NCBI GenBank assembly: GCA_964036045.1
Contig: OZ038378.1
Coordinates: 26,040,001 to 26,104,000 of the forward strand
Source of the DNA: Eutreptiella sp. 'Long Island Sound 2002'
Taxonomy: Eukaryota; Protista; Euglenida
DNA length: 64,000 bases
Reading direction: 5' to 3'
Both the position numbers and the translations under genes were made by a program. The notes under the pieces are model-generated. The model was not told the origin of the DNA and searched no databases. It saw only the letters and a list, made by a program, of their open reading frames with translations. Below, in pieces: positions 1-14,059 of the stretch. Within the stretch, counting starts at the first letter, position 1, and each line of letters starts with the position of its first letter.

Positions 1-1161
1 GGCGGGGGGGGTTTGGCACACAGACCCGGGGGGGGGGGGGGGGCTTGGGGACCTCAAGGGCTGGAACTGACCCACCCACCCACCCACCCTTCAACCCACC
101 CACCCACTTCCAATCCCCCCCCCCCCGGTCATATACGTTTGCTCGGTTGGCCCACACGGCCTGTAGCTCGGAGGAAGGTCCCCGCTCTTCGAGACACTTG
201 GTGGTCCCCTATCCCCCACAAAAAATAGTGGGTCATATCATCCCCTGAACTTGGTCTCTCTGGAAATTGAACCCAGCACCTTCAGTTCTGAAGAACATGC
301 TGTTAACCATTCAACTACCTTCCTTAGCACACAAATATTGGGCAACAGGTGCCTCATTGGGTGACCACTATATCAAAATTTTCAGTGCCCCTGAGTCCCA
401 AGGCTCGCACACCCAGCACCCAAGAAAATCACACCCCCACCCCGGCAGGGGGGGGGTCCATGCCTCCCAAAAACCACTGAACAAGGCCTTTGACCCACCC
501 ACCCACCCCCCACCTGGGGTAGGGTGTCCAACACACTAAGCAAAAGCCTGGAAGGGAGTCTCATTGTAATGAGGGAACTCGGCATGCGTTCGTACAGGAG
601 GAGGTGGGGATAGGCGGCTGTGCAGAGCCGTGGGTGTCAAGGGTGTAAGTTCCAGGGCCTTTGCTGCATGGCAAGGTCATCACAGACCACCCCCACAAAT
701 CTCAATAAATGCGCCTTACACTGGAAGCTCAGGCATCCAACTCGTACCTGAGCCTCCAATATCTTGCACGACATGGCTTGGCAGGCAATTCCTCAATCCC
801 AAATGCAAATCCAAGCCACCAAGGTGCTCTGGAACCTCATAGGCACCCAGGTAGCCAGCATGGCACCAAGGGGTGGTGGTGTGGTGCGCTCATTGTGCAA
901 GTCACCCAAAAACCACCAAGACTGACAGTACTCGTTAGTGATCCTGTACGTCTGATCATTCTGCTGTCTACTGTATGTAGGCGTTCCATCTACAGACCAT
1001 GTTGCATCCATCTCCCATCCATCTCCCATATCTAAGCCCAGCCCAGCCCATCAAGAGACTTGCTCTGTAGAATAACCAACCTACCTAACCAGCTTACCAC
1101 TCACTTCTGAGCCCACAACCAGCACCAAACAGCACATACTGCACACAACAGCAGTGGGCAC

Positions 1162-2106
1162 CATGGAGGTGCCGTGTGTGGCCACTTCAGCGGTCGCACA
1201 GGAGGACTCGTCGGAGGCTTTGGCTTGAAGACCCACATCATTGGGCTCATGGTTCAGCATTGTGAGGCTTGTTTCCTTGTTGACAGTGCTCGTGACTGCT
1301 GCTAGGGTAGGGGCGTTGTGGTCACCACCAGAAGTGTTTGCACAAGTTGTATGTGCAGTGGTGGAGCTGCTGGCAGTGGTGCTGTCCAGTGCTGGGTTCA
1401 GGGTAGCATCCAGGATGACACCATGCGTCGCACTCTGCGGGGCACTTTCAACGTCCGTACCAGGGGCGTTGACAAGTGCAGGTGTGGGCGCAGGAACACT
1501 GCCAGGGAACATGGTTGGCACCCCTGTAGGGGCGTCCACAACTGCATGCGCGGAATCAGCCACCGCACGACATGTTACTGCTGCGGCAGGTCCATCGAGC
1601 ACATTTGCAGAGGTTGGCAAGGCGCTGCTAGGGACGAGATCCGTCGGCATGCCAACCGCATCTGCGCCTGGGGTTGCTCCAGTAATGGGGTTCGTGGAGG
1701 GAGTGGTGGACAGGAAGTCAGGAGTACCTGAACCAGCGGGATTGGGTGTGACTTTTGGGTGGTCCGCTCGTGTGCCCTCAGTATGCGGGAAGGAACCTGC
1801 ACCAATGACAGAAAGTGTGATGGGTTTAGCTGAGGGGGTGCCGTCCGAACTGGCATCCAGATGCTGGACAATAGGCGAAACGCCAAGGATCGGTGGCTTA
1901 AATGTGTCAATTGGAGATACACTGTGCAGCGCCTCCATTGCGGATGCAGGTCTTACCTGCGGCGCTGCATTGGCTGAGGGACATAGGCAGGGGCTGGATG
2001 GTGGAGAAGGTGGCTGCGTGTCGGGGGGTGAGGGCATGCAGCTGCGAGTAAATGGCTGTGCACGTGGGAGACAGGGTTGCCCAGTGCAAGGGACGTCGAG
2101 GAGCCA
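1162..2106 (-). CDS. Probable large internal exon of a low-complexity Pro/Thr/Ala/Ser-rich protein (rest of gene not resolved)
   Basis: It lies inside the stop-free ORF 1081-2148. It is bounded by a pyrimidine-rich acceptor (TTCTTTTTGCAGTCTCTTTCCTGCAG|) and a donor |GTGCCC like those in the CorA gene. Length is 945 nt, phase 0-0. No recognisable domain. Confidence 0.45.
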
Positions 2107-3329
2107 CTGCAGGAAAGAGACTGCAAAAAGAAAGGTGACACCGTTCATGGGTCACATGGGTCACGATGCAGCGGTGATACACTTGGGAATGGACAACAAC
2201 AGCACGTCCAGCAAGCACCTACCAGCGGCATCCAACCCTCATGCAGAAATAACCCGGCTGGAGTTGACGAGTCTTGTCAAGTTGGTGATGCAGCAGTGGG
2301 GTTCATGTTTTCATGTGGTAGTTGTCCTGGGGTTATGAGTTTCTTGCACTACCTTGCCTTTGTTTCTACCTACCAAATACCAAACAGGATGCATGAGCTT
2401 TCTGTTGTGCCTTTGGTGGTGGTGGTGGTGTAGGGGGCACTGGATTCATCGTGGGGGAAAGTACAATCTAAACAAACTAAAACCTGGGTCCAGAGGGGGG
2501 GGGGTGCTCCTCCTACAGTTGACAGCTGTTTCAATTTACCGCTGAGCAAGCTTGAAATAAACACTAGTCAACGGCCATTTGACCAGTGACCGTACCTTGT
2601 TTATTTTGGTGAAATTTTTTTGTTTTTTTCCCTTGTTTTTTTGACAAATTGTTCACAAAAGTGGCCATTTTTGCTGATACATGCCTCCTTTTTCCTAATC
2701 CTTCCATTGCAGTTTGTTGCATGTGATTGGTGCCATTCAGCTCTGTATAATTTTCTTGTACATGTTCACATATGTTTGTATGTTTTTCAGACATGTTTCC
2801 TTGGGTGCGGTTTATTCCTTGTTCATTGCAAGATGTTGTTGTTAAATTTTGGTACAAATATAATCCCATGCTGTTTATTCTTGGATGTTGCCAATCATTG
2901 TTATTTTCGGGACCTTCATTCAACTGAAAATGTTTTTCCTCTATGCGTTGTTTTTTCCCCCAGTTTTTTGGCTTGCATGCTAATAATTCCTAGTGGTCTC
3001 TGTTAATGCCTTCCCATAATCCATACCGTGCACATGAAACAACGGCACAACATAAGCAGAGGGAACATGTTTCTAATCAAATGCTTCTACGCTTTTCTGT
3101 GCGCGGGCTCCACTGCCCGACTGCAATTGCTTTAGTGGTCCGGTGGCCATTCACTCCCCTCCCGCTCCCTGATAGCCCTGCGGTCGTGCTCCCGCCCCAA
3201 GCAGAAGCGCCCCTCCCCCTCACCCTCCTCTCCTCCTCCTCCTCCACTTCACCACCCTCCTCCTCCTCCTATCCTCATCCTGTGCATCATCGTCCACATC
3301 CACGACATTCCTCAGGGCTGTAGCTGACG

Positions 3330-4420
3330 GTGCCGCATTGTGCAAGGCATCGTTAACTACTGTCACAACTTGCGCTGCCCGGGGGTCTGTAAAGCAAACG
3401 GGATCCAAATGTCCAACTCCACCCCAGCATAGGCCATACTGCGCTTCAATGCGGTGGCAACACCCTAGGCTGTACCGGAAGGGAGGGATTGACATGAGAA
3501 AAAAATGGTAGCCATCATTGCATCCTCAACCGTACGAACATAAAAAAGCTCTTCCTTCTTCGAGGAGCGGTCGGTGCAGGAGTCGGACGCAAGGACAAAA
3601 AATTGACAGTTCTTCACATTCTCTCCCTGTGTGGCACGGAATGGCACCGCAATCAAGCGCAGAATCTCTACACCAGAGGGGCGGGAGTGATAACTCGAGG
3701 TACTGGTGCCTTTGTTGAGTGCCACTAGCTCGGAATCCCCTTCCAGATGTGTCAGGGGACCAGAGTGTTGCATGATCCTGTACACAGTACGGAACAATGC
3801 CAAAATGCCGTCCATCACATGGGGGGGGCAACATGTGAATGACTGTTGTGACACGCCCACCCAACTGCCATAAGGCGAGCGACACACAGTGCGTGCCACA
3901 CCTCGGATGTTGTTTAATGGACCACAACTTAAAATTGGACGTTCCGTGGACGAACGAAACTGAGTGCCCAAGTTGCGGATGTGCACGACAAGCGGCACAC
4001 CACATGAGCACACACATGGCATCGTACCGCAGCCACGGATGAGTAAGAAGCCACTCCGTTTTAAACTTGCGCGACTTGGGCACAACGTCGGATGGTGGTA
4101 CCCTCACCGTGCAGCAGGTACATATGCCATCCGTGGTACATCCCGCATGCACGCGGAAATGACAACCCTTACATTTTAATGGTGTGGGAGGACACCTAGT
4201 TTCCACATGCGCGGCAAGTACATAATAAACAGTGAACAGGTGGTCCCACAACTTGCATGTGGGCCTCATCAACCACCTGGTGGCACCTAGTGCAGGTGTA
4301 CTTGGTGCCACAAATGTTTGCGGCATAGCAAGCACATCGCACGGCAACCGGGAAAAATGAAGTAGGGGAGCGGGGGGCGGCTCCCGGTTGCAATGGCGAT
4401 GGCGATGGTGATGGGGCAGC
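3330..4420 (-). pseudogene. Decayed hAT-superfamily (ZNF862/ZMYM-like) transposase with TTF-type zinc finger
   Basis: RKFKTEWLLTHPWLRYD..MWCAAC..FVHGTSNFKLWSIKQH..H matches the ZnF_TTF pattern. After a frameshift in the G8 run at ~3821-3828 it continues as LFRTVYRIMQHSGPLTH..FFVLASDSCTDRSSKKEELFYVR, the first catalytic-D region of hAT transposases. There is an in-frame TAG at 3465-3467 and no C-terminal half is recognised. Confidence 0.8.
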
Positions 4421-6584
4421 CACTGCGGCTGTGACGGACGGCGGCTCCTCCCTAGTGAACGGCCAGCCGTCACGTGTGGCGTTACTCTTGGCGGCCCGGG
4501 AGACTTGGTTGTGGTGCAACTTTCTCAGGGAGCCGCCCGCCGGGGAATGCGAGTGGCGGAGAGCGGCGGCAACATTAGGGAAGTGCATCCAATGCACACC
4601 CTCGGGCGCCACTGGACTGCATCCAATGCACACCCTCGGGCGCCACTGGACCAAGTGCCCGCATCCATACATCACCACCCATCCCGAGGATCAGGAAAGG
4701 AAAAGGTGACTAAAAAGGACCCATGATCAGAGGAGACAAACAAATCGCACAGCAAAGAAATCCAACACCATCTCTAATCAATGCATAGAATTGGCGAAAA
4801 GCCGACGGCGGTTCGAGGGCAACCAACGGCGGTGGGAGGTCCCTTAATATAATAAAAAAAAAACGATGAGCGTCCTTATGGGACCCCCTAGTTGGCAAGC
4901 GATGTTTACGTGGTGGAGGAGCACATGTATGACCCTTTTGCCCTGCGTGGTCTGAAGTTGACAAACACCCAAAATGATGAAAATCGAAGAAATTGCTCAG
5001 CAAGGCAGCCCAAAACCTTCCCTGAGCAATGGAGGAATATAAGAAAACACAAATAAACATCAATAAACATCGATAAACAATGGTGGCTGCCCAAAACCCG
5101 GTGTTTTTCGGGGGGGGGGGGGGGGGCAAATGGTGAATGTAGAATTGCCCCATCCAACAGCATTTAGGGATGCAATGCAGGTAACATCACCCTGCATCAC
5201 CTCAACATTGCTTTTTGACATGCCCACCACCACCAATTTGGTGCTGAACCACCTAAAATTTTTTCTTTGGATCTCAGCGGCAAGCTTGAATTAAATACTG
5301 GTAGGGGATTCTGGGGGGGGGGGGTACATTCAGTGGGGGGTACCTTAAGTGTGTCTGGGAAGGGTTTACCCCCGTGCCAAAATTTGGAGCATGCCTCAAC
5401 AAAACATGAAATGCGTGGAACCGGAAATACCAACTAGCAAACCTACTCCGCCCACTCAATGGACTTCTTCTTTTTGCGTGTCTCCTGCGGAAGAACAGAA
5501 GAACAGAAACACACAAAAACATTACACACAGAAATCGTCAAATTCTGCCTGACTTAATGTATCCCCCACACACACTTATTTGTTCCACAACTCACAAAGG
5601 CAGCCTGGGCTGGAAAAATTACCCCTTGGTCAATGTCCCCAGGCCAAGGGGGGGGGGGGGATCAGGGTGGGATGTCTCTCCCACTACTCACAAATGCGGC
5701 ATTGTATCCTGTTTTGACCACTCCCCTACTAGAACTACCAGGCTGTACATTCAAACATTGCCACATTTTGTTTTCACTTTTGATTGTGAAGTTTAGGGGG
5801 AGTCTTTGCACTGCGCGCGCACTGCGCGCTACTTTTAGACTATGTTCCCCCCGAAGAGCCCCCAAGCACACCCCTTGGAAACGCCCTTAGAATTAGGTGA
5901 CCCAAACTGCCCCAGCTCAAGAAAGTTGCAAACTACCTTCCCTTCACATAACACACATCATGCACAACTGGAAAAGCCATGAACAGCGCATTGGTTGCCA
6001 CCCTCAAGAACACACATTTGTCTCTCTGTTCCATTGTCAACTAAATACACATTGAGAATACGCAACTTGTGTGCACAACATGACACAGTTGCAGAATCAA
6101 AGAAAAGTCACATTGTCATATGTGTGTGTGTCAATGCAATCTGTACAATATTGCAGTTCACACTTGTCACACATGGACATCTTCTCACGGTCAGACTTGG
6201 TGCAACAAAGGGCACAAACATCCCCATCATCATTGTCCTCCTATGTAGGTGCAGTCCGTACATGTGTAGGTACGTGTTCCCACGGACCATATGGAGGGTA
6301 CCGTACCTGTCTTCGAATCAAAAATTGCCGCAAATGCAAGAGTACACGCACGTACTCATGCAACTCCGTACCGGATCCCCTCCATATGTTCCTTACGATG
6401 CCCCAGTGCCACATGGAGGCGCCCCTTGTATGCACCATCCATGGAGCCAATCTCATAATCCATATAATGTCCCTTCACCCTTTTGGGCCCCTCGCGATCC
6501 CAAATGAGAACATCCGCCGATGTCCCAGGGGCCAACGGACAAATCCAAACGATGTTGCCCAAGCTGTCAATGGCACCCGTAACT

Positions 6585-6755
6585 TTGTATTCTCGGGGGT
6601 CCCCAACAAAGGGGGACAAAATCAGAACTCAAAACCTCCGCTACGGGTCACCATGATGCCCCTAGGGGCCCCTAGTATCTCAAAGTATGGGTCTCTAGTA
6701 CGGCCACACGCCCAAATAGTTGCACTGCACGCGCACTGCGCTTGAGGCGCCCCCT
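6585..6755 (+). repeat. Dispersed repeat family C, copy 1
   Basis: TTCTCGGGGGTCCCCAACAAAGGGGGACAAAATC..CTAGTATCTCAAAGTATGGGTCTCTAGTAC also occurs at 63075-63260 (minus) and partly at 26735-26850. Confidence 0.75.
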
Positions 6756-8036
6756 TAGATGCTGCTCACCATCATTGATGTGGTAAACAGAAGGCAAAAG
6801 GTTCCAGATCACCAGTGGACACATCACTATGTGCAGCTAGAGGTTTTGCTTGACCAACCCTACATTTGCATTCATGGTGTTGGTGATGCCCATGATGTTC
6901 CCCTCCTTCCTCTCACCGTTCTACCCCTGAAGAGGCAATCCCCTGAAGAGGGCACTTGGATTAAATTCAAATGCCCCCGTGTCGCAAGCATATGGTCATC
7001 ACCATCAAGCCTTGAGTTCACCCGTCCAGGCTATTGAGTGTTTCTTGGGCTAGCTCGCTGAAAAACAAAGAACATAAAGTCCAGGAGATGCCGACAAGAT
7101 GGGAACCATTCGCCAAATTGGATGCATGGTGGGAATTCATCCCAGGATACTAGGCTCAACAGCCAGGCATGTTACTACTGGGCCAGGCAACCATGTTACA
7201 TTTGAACTGGCATACGTGCATATTGTCCGTCTGTGCAGTCCTTTGGGCTCTGCTCATCTGCCTCCTGCGCTTTGGGCTGGTTGCCAGGTCACAATCTGCG
7301 GAGCTGACACTGTCACTAGAGGAGGAAGAGGTGTTACTGTCCAACAAATGTATCCCCAATGAGTTTTTGGTCGGGACCCTCCCCCCTAGACCCCCCACAC
7401 TCTGACACCTGAAACCCACTTTTTGGGTGGGGATTGAGGGGGTTCAAAAAATATCAATAAAATCACCCTCCCTTTTTTGGGTTCGTGAATCACGAAATCA
7501 CAATACTCAACAATTAACGGCCCCATTCCATGTGTGCATTTTCCCCACAATAACACATACATCGTCCGAGCACTCTGAGTGTGGATTTGAACACCTAGAT
7601 ATTAGAATGTTGTCTGGACTACACCACTAAGCGCTAGGATCTTTTGCAAAGAAGGATGAAAAGGGGAGTTTTTTGCCGCCTCTAGCCTTGCCCAGGGCTG
7701 GCCGTGGCCCATTTGAAAATGCAAAATCATCGTTTTCACCAACAATGACTTGCATGAGTTGGCTGAAAAATGCACTTTTTCCGGCAACCCTTGACGACCC
7801 CTCGGGCACCTTGGGCCAGGGTCGGGTGGTCATTTTGTGACAGTACAGGTCCCGGCTCTATCTCTAGGTTCCTCTCATCCCCCCCCCCCTCTATGGGCCC
7901 ACTGCGGGGCCTCGTGGGACAAATACCCACTTATTACTATCACCATCAGACCCACTTAGCCTCGATTCGCCACCCATATTCCCTTTGGACTTGTCGTCGG
8001 ACAGTTCCTCTACCCCTAGTTCCGCCCAAATGTCCG

Positions 8037-8240
8037 TCACTTCCTTGAAGGTGTGCACCTGATATAATGATGCCCTCGCCCTTTACCTGCCCTATCATCT
8101 CCCTCCTCATTGCCGTGCACCCTCACATGGGAGGGTACCCACTGGATGGACACTCTGTCTCCCAATGATTGCCATCTGGACCAGAGATCCATCCAGTGAT
8201 GATTGTGGGGGGGAGGGGGTACTTTTCGACCGCCATCCAC
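8037..8240 (-). mobile_element. Non-LTR retrotransposon RNase H remnant
   Basis: VSIQWVPSHVRVHGNEEGDDRA matches the RNase HI C-terminal motif WVPSHxGxxGNExADxLA. A CxxC..H..C-like segment (ORF 9160-9375) lies nearby on the same strand. No RT domain was recognised. Confidence 0.6.
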
Positions 8241-10984
8241 AGCCTATTGGGGGGTCACAGGGGGGGGGGGGGGTTCAACCACAGCGGTCCCCACCCCATT
8301 GCCTGACCAACACGGCAAATGCACACAAGGGCCACATCAAAAAGTACTTCCATATGAGCAACATGTGAGCTGGACACTGTCCAGTCACTGAACATTGTCA
8401 GCTTACTCATTGTCCGAGCTGCGCAAAACAACTTTCCTGCTAAATAACCTTGTTGGCACTTGTAAAAGCAATCAATGCAACTGGCAGCGGCCTGTCTGAA
8501 GACCACAAAAAAATTTTCTGGCATACAGCATTGTTTTTTTGGGGGGGAGGTGGGCAGATTTGGGGGAAGTCCACCAGGCCAGCAACAACTGGAAATTAAC
8601 ACTAGTGGCCCCCAACAGGCCTGTGCTTACTTCTGCAAAAGCGGTACAGTAGGTTTGGTGGGGGGCTGGTGGGTGCTTTTTTTTCTCAACACGGGTGCTC
8701 GCATGGTGCGGACATCCTAGAGGGTGGAGGGGTGGGTGGATGGGAAGAGGTAGGGGGCATGCTGTAGCAGGTGCAGAGGCAGGCTGAGTACTAGCAGGCT
8801 TAGTCTGATAATAAGACAGAATGCCATACGGAGGAATGCCATACGGAGCACTGTGGCCTAGCCAACCTGAAGCACAAAGACAATGTCATGAGGGGGAGGG
8901 GGGTCGCGCTGCCAAAGTTGTAGTTAGCATTTCTTGTTAGTGGCCTTGCCAAGTTGTTGGGCAGTCTGGTGTTCTGTAATAAAGTATTGCACTGGTTGAT
9001 CAAGGTTGAGAGTGGGTGTTGCGCTTGGTCACTGCTTTGGAAAAATGAAGAGCATACGGATCCTTTCCTGGAGATGGGGGGAAGCTACGATTTTGTGGAG
9101 AGTGAGCTGAACAAGGATACTACTGAGGGCAAGCCGTCAGTTGCCCTGTAATTGGAGACTCACCGCTCGAGGGTTACTTTGTGAAACCCAGGGGGAGGGG
9201 GGCATGCTGCGTAAAAGGTTTGCTCATACTTTGCTGCGGCAGGGCAGAGTGCAATGTAGGAGAGTGGGTCCATGGGGTGAGGCATATGGCACGTGGGGCA
9301 TGAGTACTCACTCATGAGGCAGTGCAGATGGCAGGATTGTGCTCCATTAATTTCCCGAAAGTCCTTTGAAGGCAAAAGTGGAAAACATTTGCTTCACTGA
9401 AGGAAGCTGTAACTGAATGCCCAAAAAGGTGTGCAAATGCTTTGCAATGAGGGAGTGCAGGTGGTATTTAGGGGTTCTGAAAGGCTTGACCTGGCCAAGG
9501 TGACAAAGCCTTTCGGAGGGTGGGGCAAGAAGATGACAACAAAATGGGATGGGGGATGAATTGACAGAGCTCTATGGGCCTAAATCGCATGCTTCCAGCA
9601 GTTGAGCGCACCCGAACCCTCTTGCTTGAATACCAACATGAGCACAAACTTTTCGCTTATGCCCTGGGGGCCTCCACCCCTGAGAGGATGCCATTCTGAC
9701 TGTGTCCGCGTTGTCCCTGAGAATATCCAACAGGGCTGCCACTGGTGCGTTTCAGAGGTGCCTTAGAGCCTCCAGAGTCAGGAAGGGGGATGTGCAGCAT
9801 AGCACGTACATCTTGGTAAGAGAGAACTGTTGCTCACCGCCCATGGCCTGTAAATGCTGACCTTCCTGCCTGTATAGATCCGAGCTGTGTCTTGAGAAGA
9901 GAGCATTGAGCCAGCAGACCATTGAGGTATTGTACACTCACAGTCTGCACCAGTTTTGATGCTGCGTTGTCATGGATCTGAACTATCATCATCCACCCCC
10001 CCCCCTGTGTCAGCTATGCAAGGCGTAAGACCATGATACACCAAAGCTGACCCCTTGTTTCTTGGTCAGAGCCACAGCCCACTTTGGCATATCTCTTGGG
10101 GACATTCATAATACGCCAACACGGAGGATATTGGCCCTTTTTGGGAGGTTTTGCAAGTTTCACTTTGATGTGCGGAAGTATGGACATCTCCCCCCCTATT
10201 TTGAGGGTTGGAACTCAAAAAAAAAACATGTTTTGGGAGGTACTTAGATGGGTTGGGGTGGAGTTTGTGACCTAGTAAGGGGTTGTGTCCAGGAGCGCCT
10301 GTATTTTGTCCCCGGTGCCAGGTGCCGACACCCAGTGGGGTTCCATGGGGGGCCGAAACCGTGGGGGAGGATTCGCAAAAAATGGCAAGCTTCAATGAAT
10401 CCATCAAGGAAGGGGTTGGGCTCTGTGCCGAGGGAAGGGCTCAAAATAGGGCATGACATCATCCTACACAGATTGCTGAAAATAGGCAACTTAGGGACAA
10501 AATTAGTGACGTGAGCCATTATTCACTCCTGAAAGTGACGGTCAATGATGAAAATGAGCAAAAGGAAGAGGAATGTTTCTAACTTCCATGGTATAGGGGG
10601 GCTGAGGGATGGGCTATTTTTAGGGGTAAAATGGCTATCTTTAGCACTCTAGGTAGGATCCTATCAACAGTGATGCCCTATCCCATTTTTCTCATAATTT
10701 TGCCCTTGTACAGCTCACCCACTGTCCCAACATTCTCCGAAACATAACTTTTTGAACTTCCCGCCCCAAAAATAGGGGGGATACCCCCCCCAAAAAAAGT
10801 GCACCCGGCAATGGGGGTAGGTGTGAAGTCCAAGGTGTCTAAAACCTGACCAGAACAGGCCCAAAAACACCCAAACCATCAATGGTATCTGCCAATTTTT
10901 GAAAAAAATATGGTTCCGCCCCCCCCAACCCCAACCCAACCCATACATCTTCGAAAAGCCCTTTTCGAGGGCTTTCCGAATATA

Positions 10985-11171
10985 CCCCACATGCCCCTAC
11001 CTCCGGGACACTCATTGGACACAAATGAAGCAACAATGGCTCCGACCCCTGAAAGCCCTCTGTGTTGGCATAATCGGCACCGTCCCCGAGAGATATGTCG
11101 TCAACTTGGAGGAGCTCACAGCCTGGGAATCTCACCTCAGCAGAAAATTAGAGCCAAATATCAAAACTTAA
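10985..11171 (+). mobile_element. Possible remnant of the restriction-like endonuclease C-terminus of a non-LTR element
   Basis: LKALCVGIIGTVPERYVVNLEEL resembles the P-I-V-I-G-x-x-G-T-I-P...L-E-E-L tail of RLE domains. The match is short and by eye only. Confidence 0.3.
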
Positions 11172-11544
11172 AATACAGCAGAGGCGAATGCCTTGACACC
11201 CATACACAAGCAGTGATATATAAGAAAGTTTTGTAGCGCCTGGCCTGCCCCATTTCCCCAAGCCTTCACCGAGGGTTGAACACAAAGCCAGGAAAAAACA
11301 GCTGAATACCGATGTGAGACAAGGCAAGAGGCCATCCCACCTCTTGGATGGTCCTGGACCCTCTGGGTCCCTTAATCTGGAGGGACATAGTGAGCTTTCC
11401 AAAGAATTTTACAGCTAACTCAGTAAATCTGTGCTGGGCATCACTACTGCAGAATTCAGTGTCCATGGGCTGTATCACAACGCGTGTGGAGGTATTGCCA
11501 TATGATTGTCAGAAGCTTTGCTGTCAAGGCGACCGTTTGGCTGA

Positions 11545-11666
<122 letters not shown>

Positions 11667-12079
11667 CGCCTAGATCTTTCATTCATGCACTGTAAATCCA
11701 ATCTCTATGCACCTATCTGGGGCTACACTTGACCTCATTGTTGTGCAACGGGCACATGACCATGACACACAGCTTGATGCAGGTGTACACCAACCCTGTC
11801 GTTGCCACTTTGGCAGAGATAGATCACAGTCCTACCATTGCGAGCGCCACTTCCAGCGCCCACACCGGGAGACCACACCGATACGAAAGTGCTAATCCGC
11901 AGTCAGCTGCATCAGCAAGAACAGCAGGAATTTGAGAAGAAGAGGGGTTAACAGGAGCATGAGGACCATATGACATATCTGTGTGGACACCTTTGCACGT
12001 GCGCGCACTGTGCACTACTTTCAAAACCCACTTCCCCAAAACAGGCCTTCAAACAGCCCCCCTTCCATACACCTCCATG

Positions 12080-13480
12080 AAAAAGCCTCTGAACAACACA
12101 CTGATGGGGTGTTGCACCCTACCTTCTGGAGTCCAGTTCCCCAATGGGGAAAACTTGTCCTCTGGGAGAAACCTCCTCCCAGATTCACAAACGATGGATT
12201 TTTGTCCTCCCGGGAAAATCCCCCTCCCGGGTTCCGGACAGAAATCCACCATTCAGGAACCAGGGAGTCTCCCCATGGGACAATTTTCAGGCCGGTTCCC
12301 AAATGGGGGAAAATTGTCCTCTGGGGACAGAAATCCCCCATTTGGGAACCGGAGAGGGGGGAACCCAGCAGTTCACAGCAGCCCATCACCCCAATCACGA
12401 ATCAGTATACTAGGGCTGGTTCCTGAATGGGGGATTAATGTCCTCTTGGGAGAAACCCCTTCCCCAGTACCCGAACAAGGGATCTTTGTCCTCTCGGGAG
12501 AAACCCCCACCGCGGTTCCCATGAGGGATTTCTGTCCCCTGAATAACGGGGACTGAACCCCGGTTTTTCAGCACAGAGATCACATAGAGGTCCGTAAAAC
12601 AAGGACGGTTGAAAAGGTAGGGGGATTGGCACACTGACAAGAGGGGGGGGGGGGTCAGCATACGTATGTTGTATACTAGTGATTGAACCCTGCCCTTATT
12701 GGCGTGTGAGGCTATGTGGGACCCTCAGGGCAGCGTAGCCTGTGACACCCACCAACAAATCAACAACAACCCGTACACCCACCAACAAATGTGACACGAA
12801 TGTGACTGTGTGAATCACCCTCACGTTCATGTCACATTTGGCGAGTGCCAAAGGCTCAACTCCGGTGAGGGACCCGCGCAGCCTTGCACAGCAATAAGGG
12901 TAGTGAAGGATCACCACATTGATAGCATTATTTAACAAATCAATTATTCAAAAACACAAGTCAACTTAATCCAATGCACCCGCTCGGCAGAATCCACACA
13001 CAAGCAAGCGCAAAAAAAAAAGTGGAAGGCTAAGGCCTGCTGGCTTTGGCAGGGGCAGCGAAACAGCCACATGGTGAGGCAGGCACAACGTCACCAGAGC
13101 AGCAACAGGTAGCACAGTAGTAGCAGAGCAGTGGCAAGCGGCAGCAGGAAGAGAGGAACCACACACCCGGACATCCTGGAAATCGAACCCGTGAATTTTG
13201 AGGACGAAAATCTCCCATTCAAGAACCAGGGCAGGGGTTTCCCAAGAGGACAAAAAACCTCTGTCTAGGGACCGGGGAGGGGGCTTCTCTTGAGAGGACA
13301 AAAATCCCCCATTCAAGACCCGCCCCTATTATCTACCAATTCCAATGGCTGTCGGTGCACCCTCCTCAGACCCCCTTATCCAGTTCCCGGATGGGGGACT
13401 TTTGTCCCTAGGGAGGACTCCCTGCCTGGTTCCCAAACAGGGGATTCCTGTCCTCGACAACACCAGGAATCCAACGCTAG
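12080..13480. repeat. Older repeat built of ~60-70-bp subrepeats (GTCCTC..GGAGAAACCCC); it resumes at 16999-17135 after the TIR insertion
   Basis: The GTCCTCYBGGGAGAAAYCCCC motif recurs at 12157, 12203, 12317, 12440, 12488 and in inverted form at 13230-13450. The same sequence style continues right after the TSD at 16991-16998. Confidence 0.6.
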
Positions 13481-14059
13481 GACGGCTGCACGGGGGGCGA
13501 CTACAACCGGTCCTGATGCGACCCACCCCCCAGCTATCTGTCAAAACTCGGGGGGGGGGGGGGGGGGGGGGGGGGGTAGCTGGGGGGGGGGTCAGCTGGG
13601 GGGTGTAGGGGGGGATTTGCCGTGGGGGGGGTTTCCAAGGTGGGGGGGCTTGCGCGCGACCCACTATTACCACATGCATACCTCCTGGGGGGTGTGTGTC
13701 TGGGGGGTTGGGGGTACGGAGGTATGTATGCGATGATAGCGCTTTCTCGTCATTGCCGAGAAGAAAGTCTTAAGGGTCGCCGTGTTGCCCCCCTCCCCCC
13801 TCCCCCCTTCCCCCTCCGCCCCTGTTCGCCCCCACCCCCCGGTTAGTTTGTGAGAAAAATTCCTGAGGCTTGGTTAGAGTTGGGGTTTAAAAGAAGAAAT
13901 GGATGGACTTCCGCTTAGAGGTCCTTGAAAAGTTCCCCCTCTGAGGAGGAGGAGGAGGAGGAGTCTCGGCGGGCGCGCTTCGAATGAAGCTCACGTTGGG
14001 CTTCGTCCCGCCTCTTTTTGTTGCGCTTCCCAACGCTCTTAAGAGGCCGAGATCGCTCA

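Noticed and set aside
1241-2338. 365-aa plus-strand ORF overlapping the minus-strand exon
   Set aside because: It shares third codon positions with the minus frame. Stops in this frame need His/Gln/Tyr codons on the minus strand, which are scarce in this low-complexity exon, so it is a shadow ORF.
6780-6970. VPSSGDCLFR (minus strand) as an OTU protease remnant of a Helentron
   Set aside because: It is a single short motif that needs frameshifts and has no adjacent Rep or helicase motifs; a profile search is required.
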